From contig OX597822.1 of assembly GCA_951406725.2 (NCBI GenBank), positions 11,904,001 through 11,968,000 on the forward strand: 64,000 nucleotides of DNA, written 5' to 3'. Below the pieces are notes generated by a model. That model ran no database searches and was not told the origin of the DNA. It was given only the letters and a program-made list of their open reading frames with translations. The position numbers and the translations under genes were made by a program. The DNA is from Octopus vulgaris. Its lineage: Eukaryota. Below are positions 27,501 to 39,953 of the stretch, piece after piece (position 1 is the stretch's first letter; each line of letters opens with the position of its first letter).

Positions 27501-29454
27501 CGGGAGTGATTTCGTCGCAGCTGGGATTGCACGTGTAGGTGATAAAGAGGTCCGGCCGGCCGTAAATGCGCACGTAGGTCAAGGCGTCTTGGGTCCTTTC
27601 ACGCATATATCGCGGTCCTCCCGTGAAGGTGGAGGGTAGAATGCATGGCTTGCCGATGTTGCGAGGGTCATTTTCTTGTTGCAAACCGTCACGGAGATGA
27701 ATGTAGGAGTCGGAGCGAAGTTTGGTCTGATTAAGTTTAATGTATAGCAGCCTTTCCGATTCCATTTTTGCGGCCATGTCGACGGCGAACTGGTTGAATA
27801 GCTGACGACAACGGGGCAATAAGTTGAACTCACCCTCTCTGACCATGAACCGGTATGAGTAGAACGCCCTGCAGGAAACCGTCTTTGATGCCGCAGTAGT
27901 TTGATTGGAGGGCTGCCGTAAAGGAATTCCGAAGTGGTAGCCGTCTTCCCCATAAGGGAAAAGCAATGGATACTGAAGCGCGTCATAAGATCTGTGAGTC
28001 TCGCTGATACTGTGTAGGTTGTTACCACGGGAGGAGATGATTATGTCACGGCTGTTGTGTTGCTCTCCGTGTATAACTGCGGCAATTTCGTTGCACGCAG
28101 GTGCGTTGAAACGGCGTTCGTGCTCCCCGTAGGGTCGTTTATCAGCATCAATGACAACGGTGAAGTTTGGAGATGGAGCACTGTCCAAGGCATATCTGAA
28201 GCTGCAGACGTAGCTGTTGATATCATGAAGCATGGTTTGGAGTCGGAGAAGAATGTCTTTGCGAGGAACATAGCTTGTACCCGGTATTATTCCAAGGCGT
28301 GCATCAACCTGGTGGTTGTAGTCGGCAATGAAGTATATTTGGAGGAAAGAAGACTGCTGAATCTCGTCTGGCAGAAGTGACCCAATAAGATGGTAGACCT
28401 GTCCCTGCACTTTGAAAGTAGGCATCCAGCCTTCTCTGGGAGGAATTTTGGCCCCGAAAGAGGTCATTTGGAATGAGCAGTTGTACTTTCGAATTATTTC
28501 AAGGAATTGTGACGAATCGGGGGTTAAACCCGCCGCGAGATCCTTCAGTGGTTGAGGTGGTTCCCGTAGGGGTGGCAGGTCCACTTTGCCACCAGAGCAG
28601 CACAAACCAGGTGGCTCTCCGGGCCATTTCTTGGCTTTGCAAAACTGGCATACAATTGTCATTGACCCTATCTTGATGTCGTCACGCAAGGAGAAGTTAA
28701 TTGTGGCGTCGTAGTTGAATGCTAGTGACAACCAGAAAGCGTGGGCAGGGGTACGTACACCACGAATGATATCTCGACGTTTGTTGATACTCTCAAGTCG
28801 AGTGCACCGTGCCTCAGCAGATTCAGATGCACGTGCGACAGCGGTAGCAGTGGCATCCCTTGAAAGCCTTTCAGCTCTCGCCTCAGCACCCTCTGAAGCC
28901 CTAGCAGAAGCAGTGTTAATGGCATGTCTGGATGTCCGAATAGTCCGTTGGTGTGGAGTTTCGGCAGATCGAGCCCTGGCTGTGTTTGCGGCGTTAGCAG
29001 CTTGGCGAGCTCTCCTCTGTTTAGGTGTTTCGGCAGCTTTGGCCATGGCTTTGTTTGCGGCGTCAGCATCTTGGCGAGTTCTCCTCTGCTGTGAGGTTTC
29101 GACAGATCGTGTCCTGGCAGTGCTAGTGGCGTTAGCCGCATTCCGAATGGCCCTTTGTTCGGGGTTCTCGCGAGCTCTGCGGATGGAAGCACAGTAAGAA
29201 GCCCGCATGTTTTGGCTGGACTGTTGCTCTTTCGTCAACCTCGAGCGGAGGGAAGATCTGTACGCTGCGACCCTTGCAAGTCGGGTAGAACGGTCGCTAG
29301 TAGTTTCAGATGCCTGAGCAGCGGCATAACGGGAAGCTGTTTGCGAGAGGCGCAAGGCGGTTTCCTCGTGGGTCTCGCGTGCCCTTCTAGCCCTAGCAGC
29401 CGATGCCTTGGCCGTCCGAGGGCTGAGGAGGGTCCTTCTCTTCTTGGGTGGCAT
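24595..29454 (-). pseudogene. Helitron Rep/helicase (HUH endonuclease + PIF1-family helicase), ~1600 aa, two frameshifts
   Basis: Start MPPKKRR (NLS-like). Zn motif CQFC..CC. Rep motifs PDLFITYTCNP, VEWQKRGLPHAHIL and YVCKYINK. Helicase motifs [27 protein letters not shown] and [11 protein letters not shown]. Frameshifts at ~27507 and ~25130. Confidence 0.93.
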
Positions 29455-30616
29455 TTTGGTGGATAGCAATGTGTTTGGCAAAGGTGTAATAAAAAGGAAC
29501 ACGTGGGGTAAGTATTTTGGTGGATAGCAATGTGTTTGGTAAAGGTGTAATAAAAAGGAGCTCGTGGGGTAAGTATCCGAAAATGTATAAAAATGTACAA
29601 AAACGGCCAAAAAGCTGGCAGCAATGTGAGTGACAACAACGAAAAAGTCAAAAGTGATCAAACTGAACAAACGAAAGGAAAAGTTGTTTGATGCACACGA
29701 CAAAAGTGGTTTATAATAAACCAAGAGTTTGCAAGTAGCGTCCGAGGACCGTTAGGGTACGTCAAAAATTGAAGGTAAAACGTTTGGGGTGGTAGTTATA
29801 AAGAAAGTTTAAACCAAAAAAGTATTCGAATAACTTGCGGCTGCAGCAGCTATTAGCAGAAGTGGCGGTGTTGGGGATAAAGTCTCGAATGTAATTTCTT
29901 CCTGGTAGGAATTGGTTGGATCGAATTATCGATAGCTAAAAAGGTCAAGTTGCGTCCCCTAGACAGTCTGGTTTGTGTTTAATACACAAATTTGTTTGCT
30001 ATGTGTGCCACATATGATTAAATTAACCGATTTTTTCCAATAATGTATCCTATTGGAATAAAAAGGGCTATATAGCACCTTGGAGCAGACATGATGCTCG
30101 TTGTGAAAAAAAAAAAGATTCCTGCCAATTTGTGAAAGATATTGTCGAAAATATGTCATCTTGAATTTGAACGCGATTTCCCAAAATGGCATGATTTTAT
30201 CGATTGTTTCTGATGGTAAGGTATTGCATGGAAAACTAACGTCAGAATTGAGTTTCTTAGGGTAACATTAAGCTTCACCATGAGTTTGGTGAAAATCGAT
30301 TGCAAGTTGTGAAAACTACCATAGATAATGCGTTGCATAAAAAAGCTTAGATTCTCGAGTTGCGTCCCCTAGACAGTCTGTGGTTCATGTTTATGATTCT
30401 CGACCCCATGTCGAATTTATCAATTTTTTTCAGAACTGGGGGAACTTTTCAAAATTTTCGCTGCGTTAGTTTTGAATTATGACATTGGGCTATGTGTGTG
30501 TCAAGTTTCATCAGAATCGGTTGAAAGCCGTGGTCAGGGTGAGGGTACGAGAAAACAGACACACAGAAGCACGCACAGACAAACTGCCGTTTATATATAG
30601 AGAGATATATATATAA

Positions 30617-31562
30617 ATCCTTAAATCCTTAAAAATGTTTTAGCCCGAAGGCCGCGGCCATGCTGGGGCACCACCGCTGAATGAGCCACACTAGTTTGTG
30701 AATCCACCTCTGATACGTGGCACTTGATCAACAAGGAGTTCGATGCTGCTGCCCGCATCCGTGTCTCCTGTCGTGAGGTAGGTTCATCTGGGACTCCCAA
30801 CAAGAAGAGATCCAGTTTAGTTTTAAAGAAACCCACATCCACACCATGTAAGTCTCTCAGGCATTTAGGGAGGATGTTGAAAAGCTGTGGTCCTCTGAAA
30901 CCCAAGCTGTTGCAGTATCTGGACCTGTATTTTGATGGTGATGTTGGAATCCTTGGCACCACGCAGCGGCGCCCCGTTCTGCGGTTGGAGTAACTTTGAA
31001 TGCCAAAGTTTGGGACAAGACCCTCCAGGATTTTCCAGATGTATATTACTGCATATCTCTTCCGCCTCCGCTCCAGGGAGAAGAGGTTTAATACCTTCAG
31101 TCTTTCCCAGTAGCTGACATTTTGCATTGAGACGATTTTCTTTGTGTAGCTTCTCTGAGTTGCTTCGAGTTCTGCTGTTTGTTTTATATTGTGTGGTGAC
31201 CAAAGTTGGGAGCAGTAGTCCAAGCGGCTGAGGACAAATGTTTTCCATAGGACCATCAGTGTCTCCTTCTCTCTTGTTCTGAAAGTTCGGAGAATCCATC
31301 CAGCTAGCCGTCTGCATTTTATCACCAGATTAGCAATATGCATTTGGAAAGATGCATCATTGCTCATGTCAATGCCCAGGTCACGCACTGATTTTGACTC
31401 AGGGATTGCAATTCTTCCTGGGCCAGTGTATCCAGTCTTCACGTCATTTACCTTTGTGTACCAGTAGCGCAGGGCCTGGAACTTACCTGCATTAAACTGC
31501 ATGTTGTTGTCCTCAGCCCACCTGTATATTGTGTCCAGCTCATGTTGCAGATGCGCAATATT
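30617..31562 (-). mobile_element. 5'-truncated CR1-group LINE (RT C-terminus), a different subfamily from 19625-22640
   Basis: LQHELDTIYRWAEDNNMQFNAGK, VRDLGI, SRLDYCSQLWSP and SLERRR..GFRGPQLFN. 3' tail ggtggtgccccagcatggccgcggccttcgggct. Confidence 0.9.
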
Positions 31563-31795
31563 TTCATGTACATATATCATGCATATATGTAAACATATAT
31601 ATTCTCTGCGCGTGTGTGAATGTATTTTAACTTTGTAGATATGTTCGCCTATTTGTCTGTTAAAAGGTAACATAATGCACGACACAATATGCTACCAGCG
31701 AGGCAACATAATGGATGTTTGTATATTTGAGTTGGAGTGAAATGATAACGTATAGGAGAATACCTTTGTAAATGGAGTCATGCACACCCATACGG

Positions 31796-31862
<67 letters not shown>

Positions 31863-31941
31863 GATATATATATACATATATATGTGGTCGAAACGTATCT
31901 AAGTAAGTATTTACATATATATATATGTATATATATATGTA

Positions 31942-31990
<49 letters not shown>

Positions 31991-32118
31991 TGTATATATG
32001 TCTGTCTGTATATATATATATATATATATATATGTCAACTATCTTTCTTTTTCAACAATTATGACGTTAAGGGTATCTATATATCTATCTTTGTATCTCG
32101 CTCTCTCTCTCTCTCTCT

Positions 32119-32155
<37 letters not shown>

Positions 32156-32485
32156 TACATATCCATATATATACTTATATATATGTACACACAGACCCCC
32201 ACACACCAAACACATATATACGTAAATGCATGTACGATATATATTCCCTTGTACGGACACATAAATATGTACATGGAAATATCTCAAATATATCTACACA
32301 CAGAAAAAATTTCATATACATATTTAACATCTTCACTATATGAGTGTGTGTTTCTCTGTGTGTGTTTGTGTGTGTGTGTGTTTGTGCCCGTGTGCGTGTA
32401 CATATATATATATATATATATATACATTCTTACATACACACATATATACACACAGGGAGACACACACTCACACAATATATATGTA

Positions 32486-32558
<73 letters not shown>

Positions 32559-32911
32559 GTATATATATACAGATACAGCTATATATATATATATATTATT
32601 CATATATATACTTACGTGTATGTATATATTCAGATATTCCTATATATACGTTGTTCGTGTATTTTCTGTTCACCCTGTGCCAACAATTCTACCATTAATC
32701 TCATTGTCTCGTAGAATCAGTCCATTCTTAATTGGTTGATTCTACAAAGTCTTCTCTCCGACCTCAAGTCACGTAATATACTCACTATAAAATAATACAA
32801 AATTTGCTTTTAACGTATACAAGGTACTTTTGGCACATATATGCATGTACATACATAAATATATAAGTCTGTATGTATATATATAGGTGTATATATAAAT
32901 GTATGTATATG

Positions 32912-32946
<35 letters not shown>

Positions 32947-33287
32947 ATGTACTTATATATATATATATATATAAATGTATATATATATATATATACATTT
33001 ATATATATATATATATACACATACATATATCCATTTATGTCTCTCTCTATACATATATGCATATATACATATACACACGTGTGTGTCTGTTTATGTGTTT
33101 TCTTACATAGTTCATAATTCATCTTTACGTATTTGTGCGTGTACGAGCTATATGTCTATCATCTATATGTGCTTCTCTCTCTTCGTTTCTCTTTCTCACT
33201 TAATGTATATATATATATATATATATATATACTCATATGCATACATATCACTATATCTATCTATCCATACATACATATATATATGTC

Positions 33288-33358
<71 letters not shown>

Positions 33359-33407
33359 AGACAGACACACATACATATGCGCACACACACATATTTGTAT
33401 ATATATG

Positions 33408-33438
<31 letters not shown>

Positions 33439-33690
33439 CTGTGTTTGTGCGTGTGTGCGTGTGTGTGCATGTATATGTTTCTGTATATATGTTCTCTATT
33501 CACGCACATCCAGGGATGTCGCTCTCTTTGCGTACTTGTGCTATATTTTATGAATGCAATCCTCTGACAGTATAGGAATTTTCAGCTAATTACAAATAAC
33601 TGCATATATGACATTTAATTAATTCAAACATGCATATATGCATATACATGTGTATATACGTATACGCAGATATATACACGTATCCAACTA

Positions 33691-33740
<50 letters not shown>

Positions 33741-33834
33741 CTTAGAGACAAAACCACTATTATGCAAATCAAACAAAGAAAGACTTAATCCAATACATAA
33801 AAAATTTTATATAAATTAAATAAAATTAAGCTAT

Positions 33835-33880
33835 CCACTACAATTGTTTCCTGTCACTTCTAAGGACATTCATCAGGTGG
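33835..33880 (-). ncRNA. Minimal type I hammerhead ribozyme
   Basis: Minus strand: CCAC-CUGAUGA-[aUGUC-cuuagaagu-GACAg]-GAAA-CAAUUG-UA/GUGG. The closing pair of stem II is mismatched (A.G). Confidence 0.8.
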
Positions 33881-33919
33881 TTTCAAGACCTTCTATTCAA
33901 TTTTAAATAATGAAATATT

Positions 33920-34319
33920 TAAATGACAGCCTCAACTTGGCGGACAGATGCCTCATCAATGGCAGAAGAGGGGCCACCAGATCTGGGAGCTGTTTCCACA
34001 GAGTTCCGACCATGTTTGAATTCACGATTTACAAGGCCATATGATGGGGCATCATCACCATAAGTTACTCCTCATTTCATCAAAAGTCTCCCGTGGTGTG
34101 CGTCCTTTCAAATACAAAAACCGGATCACTGCTCGACACTCAACAGGCTCCATTTCACACTTAACTCAGTTCAAACACCTATAAATCAGAAACCACAATT
34201 ATTTCAGAGCTGTAATTTGCCACTTAATCTATAGAGATATAAATAATTAAACATGCAAAATTTCAACTAGATCAAACAATTGTAAGTGGGTCAGGGGCAT
34301 TACTTATTGAACGTCCCTT

Positions 34320-34322
<3 letters not shown>
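33920..34322 (-). mobile_element. 5' fragment of a mariner transposon (TIR + transposase N-terminus)
   Basis: ATG at 34153 gives MEPVECRAVIRFLYLKGRTPRETFDEM..TYGDDAPSY..EFKHGRNSVETAPRSG. TIR-like gcaagggacgttcaataagtaatgcccc at ~34294-34321. Confidence 0.8.
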
Positions 34323-34393
<71 letters not shown>

Positions 34394-34945
34394 TATGTGT
34401 ATGCGTTTGTATTTGTTCATGTAAATTTACACATATATAACTATATGTATGAGTATATGCGTGTATATAGTTATGAACATTTATAAATATGTACTGCTCT
34501 TCTGTTTTTAAAAATGTACGGATTTAGCGAAATATACACTAATTAATTCTGAAAGAAATAACTTATTTTCAACCTAGAACTGTAGGATGATAACCCCAAG
34601 AGAGACTTTGCAATCCTTGAAATTGTTTTAGAGCGACGATCCAGAAATACGGAGAAAAAGGAACAGCGACGGACACGCATACGCATCTATACACACAGAT
34701 ACACACTCGTGGTTATATTAAAGCAACGCCATAGGAAGAAGAAAGCAATGACATACTTATTAGAAATACCAAAGAAACTCACAAATATAAAATTAAAAAT
34801 ATTAATATGAAACACTGTTAAATATAAGAGATGCGAAAAGAAGGAGAAAGAAAGTTGGTTCAATCGAAGAAATATATTTTGAAAATAATGTTTATCAACA
34901 TTGGAAGTCTCCATAAAAAAAGATGTTGCTGCTTCTGATGAAAAT

Positions 34946-35572
<627 letters not shown>

Positions 35573-35779
35573 GTAAATTATAAGAGCAGTAAATTGAATG
35601 GTTGGTAATAGCTCACAGTTGTCTATAGAAAGTTTAATAGACGGACACACGCATATACACACACACACAGCCACACACACATATGCAGAAAGACGCAAAA
35701 TCATATACGAAAACCTATTTTTATATATATAGAATATAATATAATACAGAATAATAATTTTACACACACACACACACAC

Positions 35780-35836
<57 letters not shown>

Positions 35837-36768
35837 ACATATCAGCTGATCAATAGGTAGAGAAATAATATGAAGTTCTTTCCTTAGCGCTGCTGCCTAG
35901 TAATTACATTACCAAAGTCTGAATAGCTTTTAAAGTCAGCATCTATCTGGTTCCATTTTGGGATTTGATGCTGTTATTAACATTTTTATATTCAAACTTT
36001 GTTGTGCTTTAAAATGTTCTCGATTTATTTTGGGGGAATGTTTTACATTTTCCATCTCACCTACTCACGTAGCTTGATATGTGTGTGCGCGTGTGTGTGT
36101 GTGTTAGTGTGTGCACGGGCGAATATGTGTATGTATATGTATGTATGTATGTATGTATGTATCTATATATCTATCTACCTACCTACCTATCTATCTATCT
36201 AGTTATCTATCTGTCTATTTATCTGTATGTATATATATATGTATTTATCTATATGTATATATATGTATATATATATATATGTATATACATATATATATAT
36301 ATATATACATACATATATATATACATATATACACACATACATATATATATACATACTTGTGTTTGCGTGTGTACATATCTATGTATACATATATATGTAT
36401 ATGTATGTATGAATATGCATATCTATATATACGTATGTATGTACATATGCATATATATATATATATATATATATAAATATACGTATGCCAACACCCAGAT
36501 AAACACACACACATACACACACACACACTCTCACACACACACTCACATACACACTCACACACACACTCATACACACAAATATATTCTCTGTGTGTATATA
36601 TTCTCTCTGTCTCTTTTCATATAAATTCCTATATGTATATGTGTGTATGTGTGTGTTCGTGTGAGTGTCTGTGTGTACGCATAAATATCTATATTTATGC
36701 ATCTGTAAATATATGTAAATCCTAATATGCACATATGTTGTATAATTACATATATATGAACCTGTGTC

Positions 36769-37125
36769 GAGGCGCAATGGCCCAGTGGTTAGAGCAGCGA
36801 ACTCGTGATCATAGGATTGCTGTTCTGAGTGTTTATTGATCGAAAACACCTAAAGCTCCACGAGCTCCACGAGTGGACGGTGGCGAACCCTGCTGTACTC
36901 TTTCACCACAACTTTCTCTCACACTTTCTTCCTGTTTCTGTCGTGCCTGTAATTCAAAGTGCTAGCCATGTCACACTCTGTGTCACGCTGAATCTCATCG
37001 AGAACTACGTTAAGGGTACACGTGTCTCTGGGTTGCTCAGCCACTTGCATGTTAATTTCACGAGCAGGCTGTTCCGTTGATTGGATCAACAGGAACTCCC
37101 ATCGTCATAACCGACGGAGTGCCGT
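36769..37125 (+). mobile_element. tRNA-derived SINE (family C), with the B-box region partly deleted
   Basis: A-box head gaggcgcaatggcccagtggttagagcagcg. The 3' part matches the reverse complement of 8545-8770. Confidence 0.7.
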
Positions 37126-37710
37126 AGTAATATGAAAGTGTATTTATTCTTGCGGGTATCTGTATGTGCGTGCGTATGTAAGTGTGTGTGCATTGTATTT
37201 TACGTGAGTCTGTGTAGGCATTTTGGCAATATGTATGGAAGTTCGCTCCACAAGTATGAAGTACTGCTTCCGATAGCTCTGTTAGGCATCTTGTGCTGTG
37301 AAATCATCTGTCTACATGTAAAACTGGGAAAGCCATAGAAGGCCTTCCAGTAAATTGTACCTACCTTTCAAAAGGCAAAGCTTTGTGATGCGCAGTTTGG
37401 CTGAAAATGAACTCCACAGTACATGCGTTTGTGAAATTCTCAGCCACAGGCTCTGTCATTCAGGATCGGATTATTCATTTTAGCGCGCAATTAAGATTTC
37501 ATCATCAAACTTCAGAGAACCACCAGTAATACACGCATTTTTTACACACACACACACATACACGCTTGCAAGCAGACACTCGCAGAAATATACATACATA
37601 GATATGTATATAATTATATATATATGTATAAGGATGAAAAGGACACACGAGTTTATATATATGAAAAAACAAGTCAAGATAGAAAATGCTAAAATAATTT
37701 TATAAAGAAC

Positions 37711-37756
37711 ATTTCAGTACCGGTTTCGGTCATTTGAGACCTTTTCAACTGTAACT
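37711..37756 (-). ncRNA. Type I hammerhead ribozyme, U3:A8 core variant
   Basis: uuaCAG-UUGAAAA-[GGUC-ucaaau-GACC]-GAAA-CCGG-UA/CUGaa. Confidence 0.72.
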
Positions 37757-37920
37757 ATTAAATAATTAAATTTAGAAAAATGAAAGGAAAAGTGTTTAAA
37801 AGAATATTTGTATAGTGTTCAAATATAAGTGGCATTTTCCCTGTTTTTATATTTGAACACTATACAAATATTCTTTTATTAAAACTTTTCTTTTAATTTT
37901 TCTAAATTTAATTATTTAAT

Positions 37921-37966
37921 AGTTACAGTTGAAAAGGTCTCAAATGACCGAAACCGGTAGTGAAAT
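37921..37966 (+). ncRNA. Second copy of the U3:A8 hammerhead variant, with the first pair of stem I broken
   Basis: uuacag-UUGAAAA-GGUCucaaauGACC-GAAA-CCGG-UA/gugaa. Confidence 0.6.
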
Positions 37967-38299
37967 GTTCTTTATAAAATTATTTTAGATTTTCCAATCT
38001 TGACTTGTTTTTTTCATATATATATATATATATATATATTGTATACTGTTCCGTGTTGATAAGATCACCAAAAGGAGAAATAATACTTCCCTCCCTCCAT
38101 CCGTAGAGAGAGACAGGGAAATATTATTTAATAAAAAGAGCATGTTTTTTATGTGCTACTATTAGTTTCGTATCTTGAGAAGATGTCCATGAGTGTTTTG
38201 TAACAAGTCTGGTGTCCTAGAACAATCACCAGTGTCTGCCCACATGACATAAGGAACAAAAAATGGCAAGAGAGGAAAAGCGAGAAAAAGGGGATAAAC

Positions 38300-38336
<37 letters not shown>

Positions 38337-38341
<5 letters not shown>

Positions 38342-38873
38342 TAAATTAGATATAAAACCACTATTAGGCAACTCAAACAGTGATAGACATAAACCAAAAC
38401 ATAAAAAACAAAAAATAAATATAAATAATATAATATACAAAATACATATAAAATTTAAATTTAAAATATTAAAATTTTAAATTTTATAATTTATATTTAT
38501 ACATTTTTATATTTTGAATTTTAAATTTATAAATTTTTAAACTTTTAATTTTTTTTTAATAAACAAAAGTATTAAAAAGTTTAATATATAATATTACTTA
38601 TTATATTATATTAAACTTTTTAATACTTTTTGGTTATTTTTTAAAATTAAAAGTTTAAAAATGTATTAATTTAAAATTTAAAATATTAAAATATAGAAAT
38701 TAATAAATATAAATTTTCAAATTTCAAATTTTGATATTTTCAATTTTCAATTTTATATTTTATATATATTTTGTGTAGTATATTAATTATATTTATTTTT
38801 GTTTAAATGTTTTGGTTTATGTCTATCACTGTTTGTGTTGCCTAATAGTGGTTTTATCTCTAATTTAATTTAT
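38337..38873. repeat. Long AT-rich imperfect inverted repeat (~260-bp arms)
   Basis: aaccactattaggcaactcaaacagtgatagacataaaccaaaaca pairs with tgttttggtttatgtctatcactgtttgtgttgcctaatagtggtt. Centre at ~38596. Confidence 0.88.
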
Positions 38874-38945
38874 GTTTATACTGTGAAATTTGATCTAATC
38901 CTAAATTTAAGTTTTCCCTGTAAGTTTGGATATACTCCCTAATAT

Positions 38946-38999
<54 letters not shown>

Positions 39000-39061
39000 C
39001 ATACATATATACATACATACATACATACATACAAACAGATACATACATAAAACATACATAT

Positions 39062-39115
<54 letters not shown>

Positions 39116-39308
39116 AGAAACGTGCGTATCAGTACGGTTGACAACCGATAGGGCACAGAAAGTGTCCCTTTAGCCAGCTGGAGATGTTCTCCTGAGGCTA
39201 CAAGCTACAGTAACATTCACCCTTAGTGGTTAGCCATATTGAGATGACAAATATACCTGACATTGTTGTGCAGTTACTGTCTATACCTCGTTCAGAGATT
39301 TATTTTTG

Positions 39309-39353
<45 letters not shown>

Positions 39354-39607
39354 TATATATGTATATATGTTTAAAATTGTCACTAAATTGGCATTATCGT
39401 ACTCAGAGTTTGAAATGCAGAAGCGAAGAGCTACGATACATTCTCGTCGGCTATTAATGACAACAGACGCTATGAAAAATCGTTGAATAAAATGGAAGTT
39501 ACTCGAATAAGTAGAAAATGATAAAAGATAAAATAAAAATATTAACAGATGCGATACCATATTTCGTGTGTAAACACGCGAATGTTTTTTCTGTTATACA
39601 TGCATAC

Positions 39608-39705
<98 letters not shown>

Positions 39706-39909
39706 GTAAATATAGATATATATATATATTTATTTTATAGAAGGAGCTTCTACAGGACTAGAACTGTTTCATTCAAAAGAAATCATGATGATTTCTTTTG
39801 AATGAAACAGTTCTAGTCCTGTAAACTCCTTCTATAAAATAAATTAATTTACTCTGCTATGTATTGAGTACCTTATTTACTGTGGTTAACCCCGACTAAA
39901 CCCGTGACC

Positions 39910-39953
<44 letters not shown>

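Larger units (their letters stand above)
24473..30605 (-). mobile_element. Full-length Helitron (rolling-circle transposon)
   Basis: 5' end A|TCTCTCTATATATAAAC at 30605. 3' end is the CCCGG-GCAACG-CCGGG hairpin (24485-24500) followed by ..CTAG|T at 24473. Inserted at A|T in (TA)n with no TSD. Encodes RepHel. Confidence 0.95.
37654..38023. repeat. Inverted repeat (~175-bp arms, ~18-nt spacer) of a Penelope-like pLTR, with a hammerhead variant in each arm
   Basis: Arms tgaaaaaacaagtcaagat..gttcaaatataa and ttatatttgaac..atcttgacttgtttttttca. Confidence 0.9.

Noticed and set aside
29505-29576. U1 snRNA 5' end (ATACTTACC) on the minus strand
   Set aside because: Only 9 nt match, with no U1 stem-loops or Sm site, and it lies within the Helitron tandem repeat.
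29455-29724. N-terminal 90 aa of the 753-aa Helitron ORF
   Set aside because: It has a non-ATG start and runs through the 61-bp tandem repeat. The plausible start is MPPKKRR at 29454.
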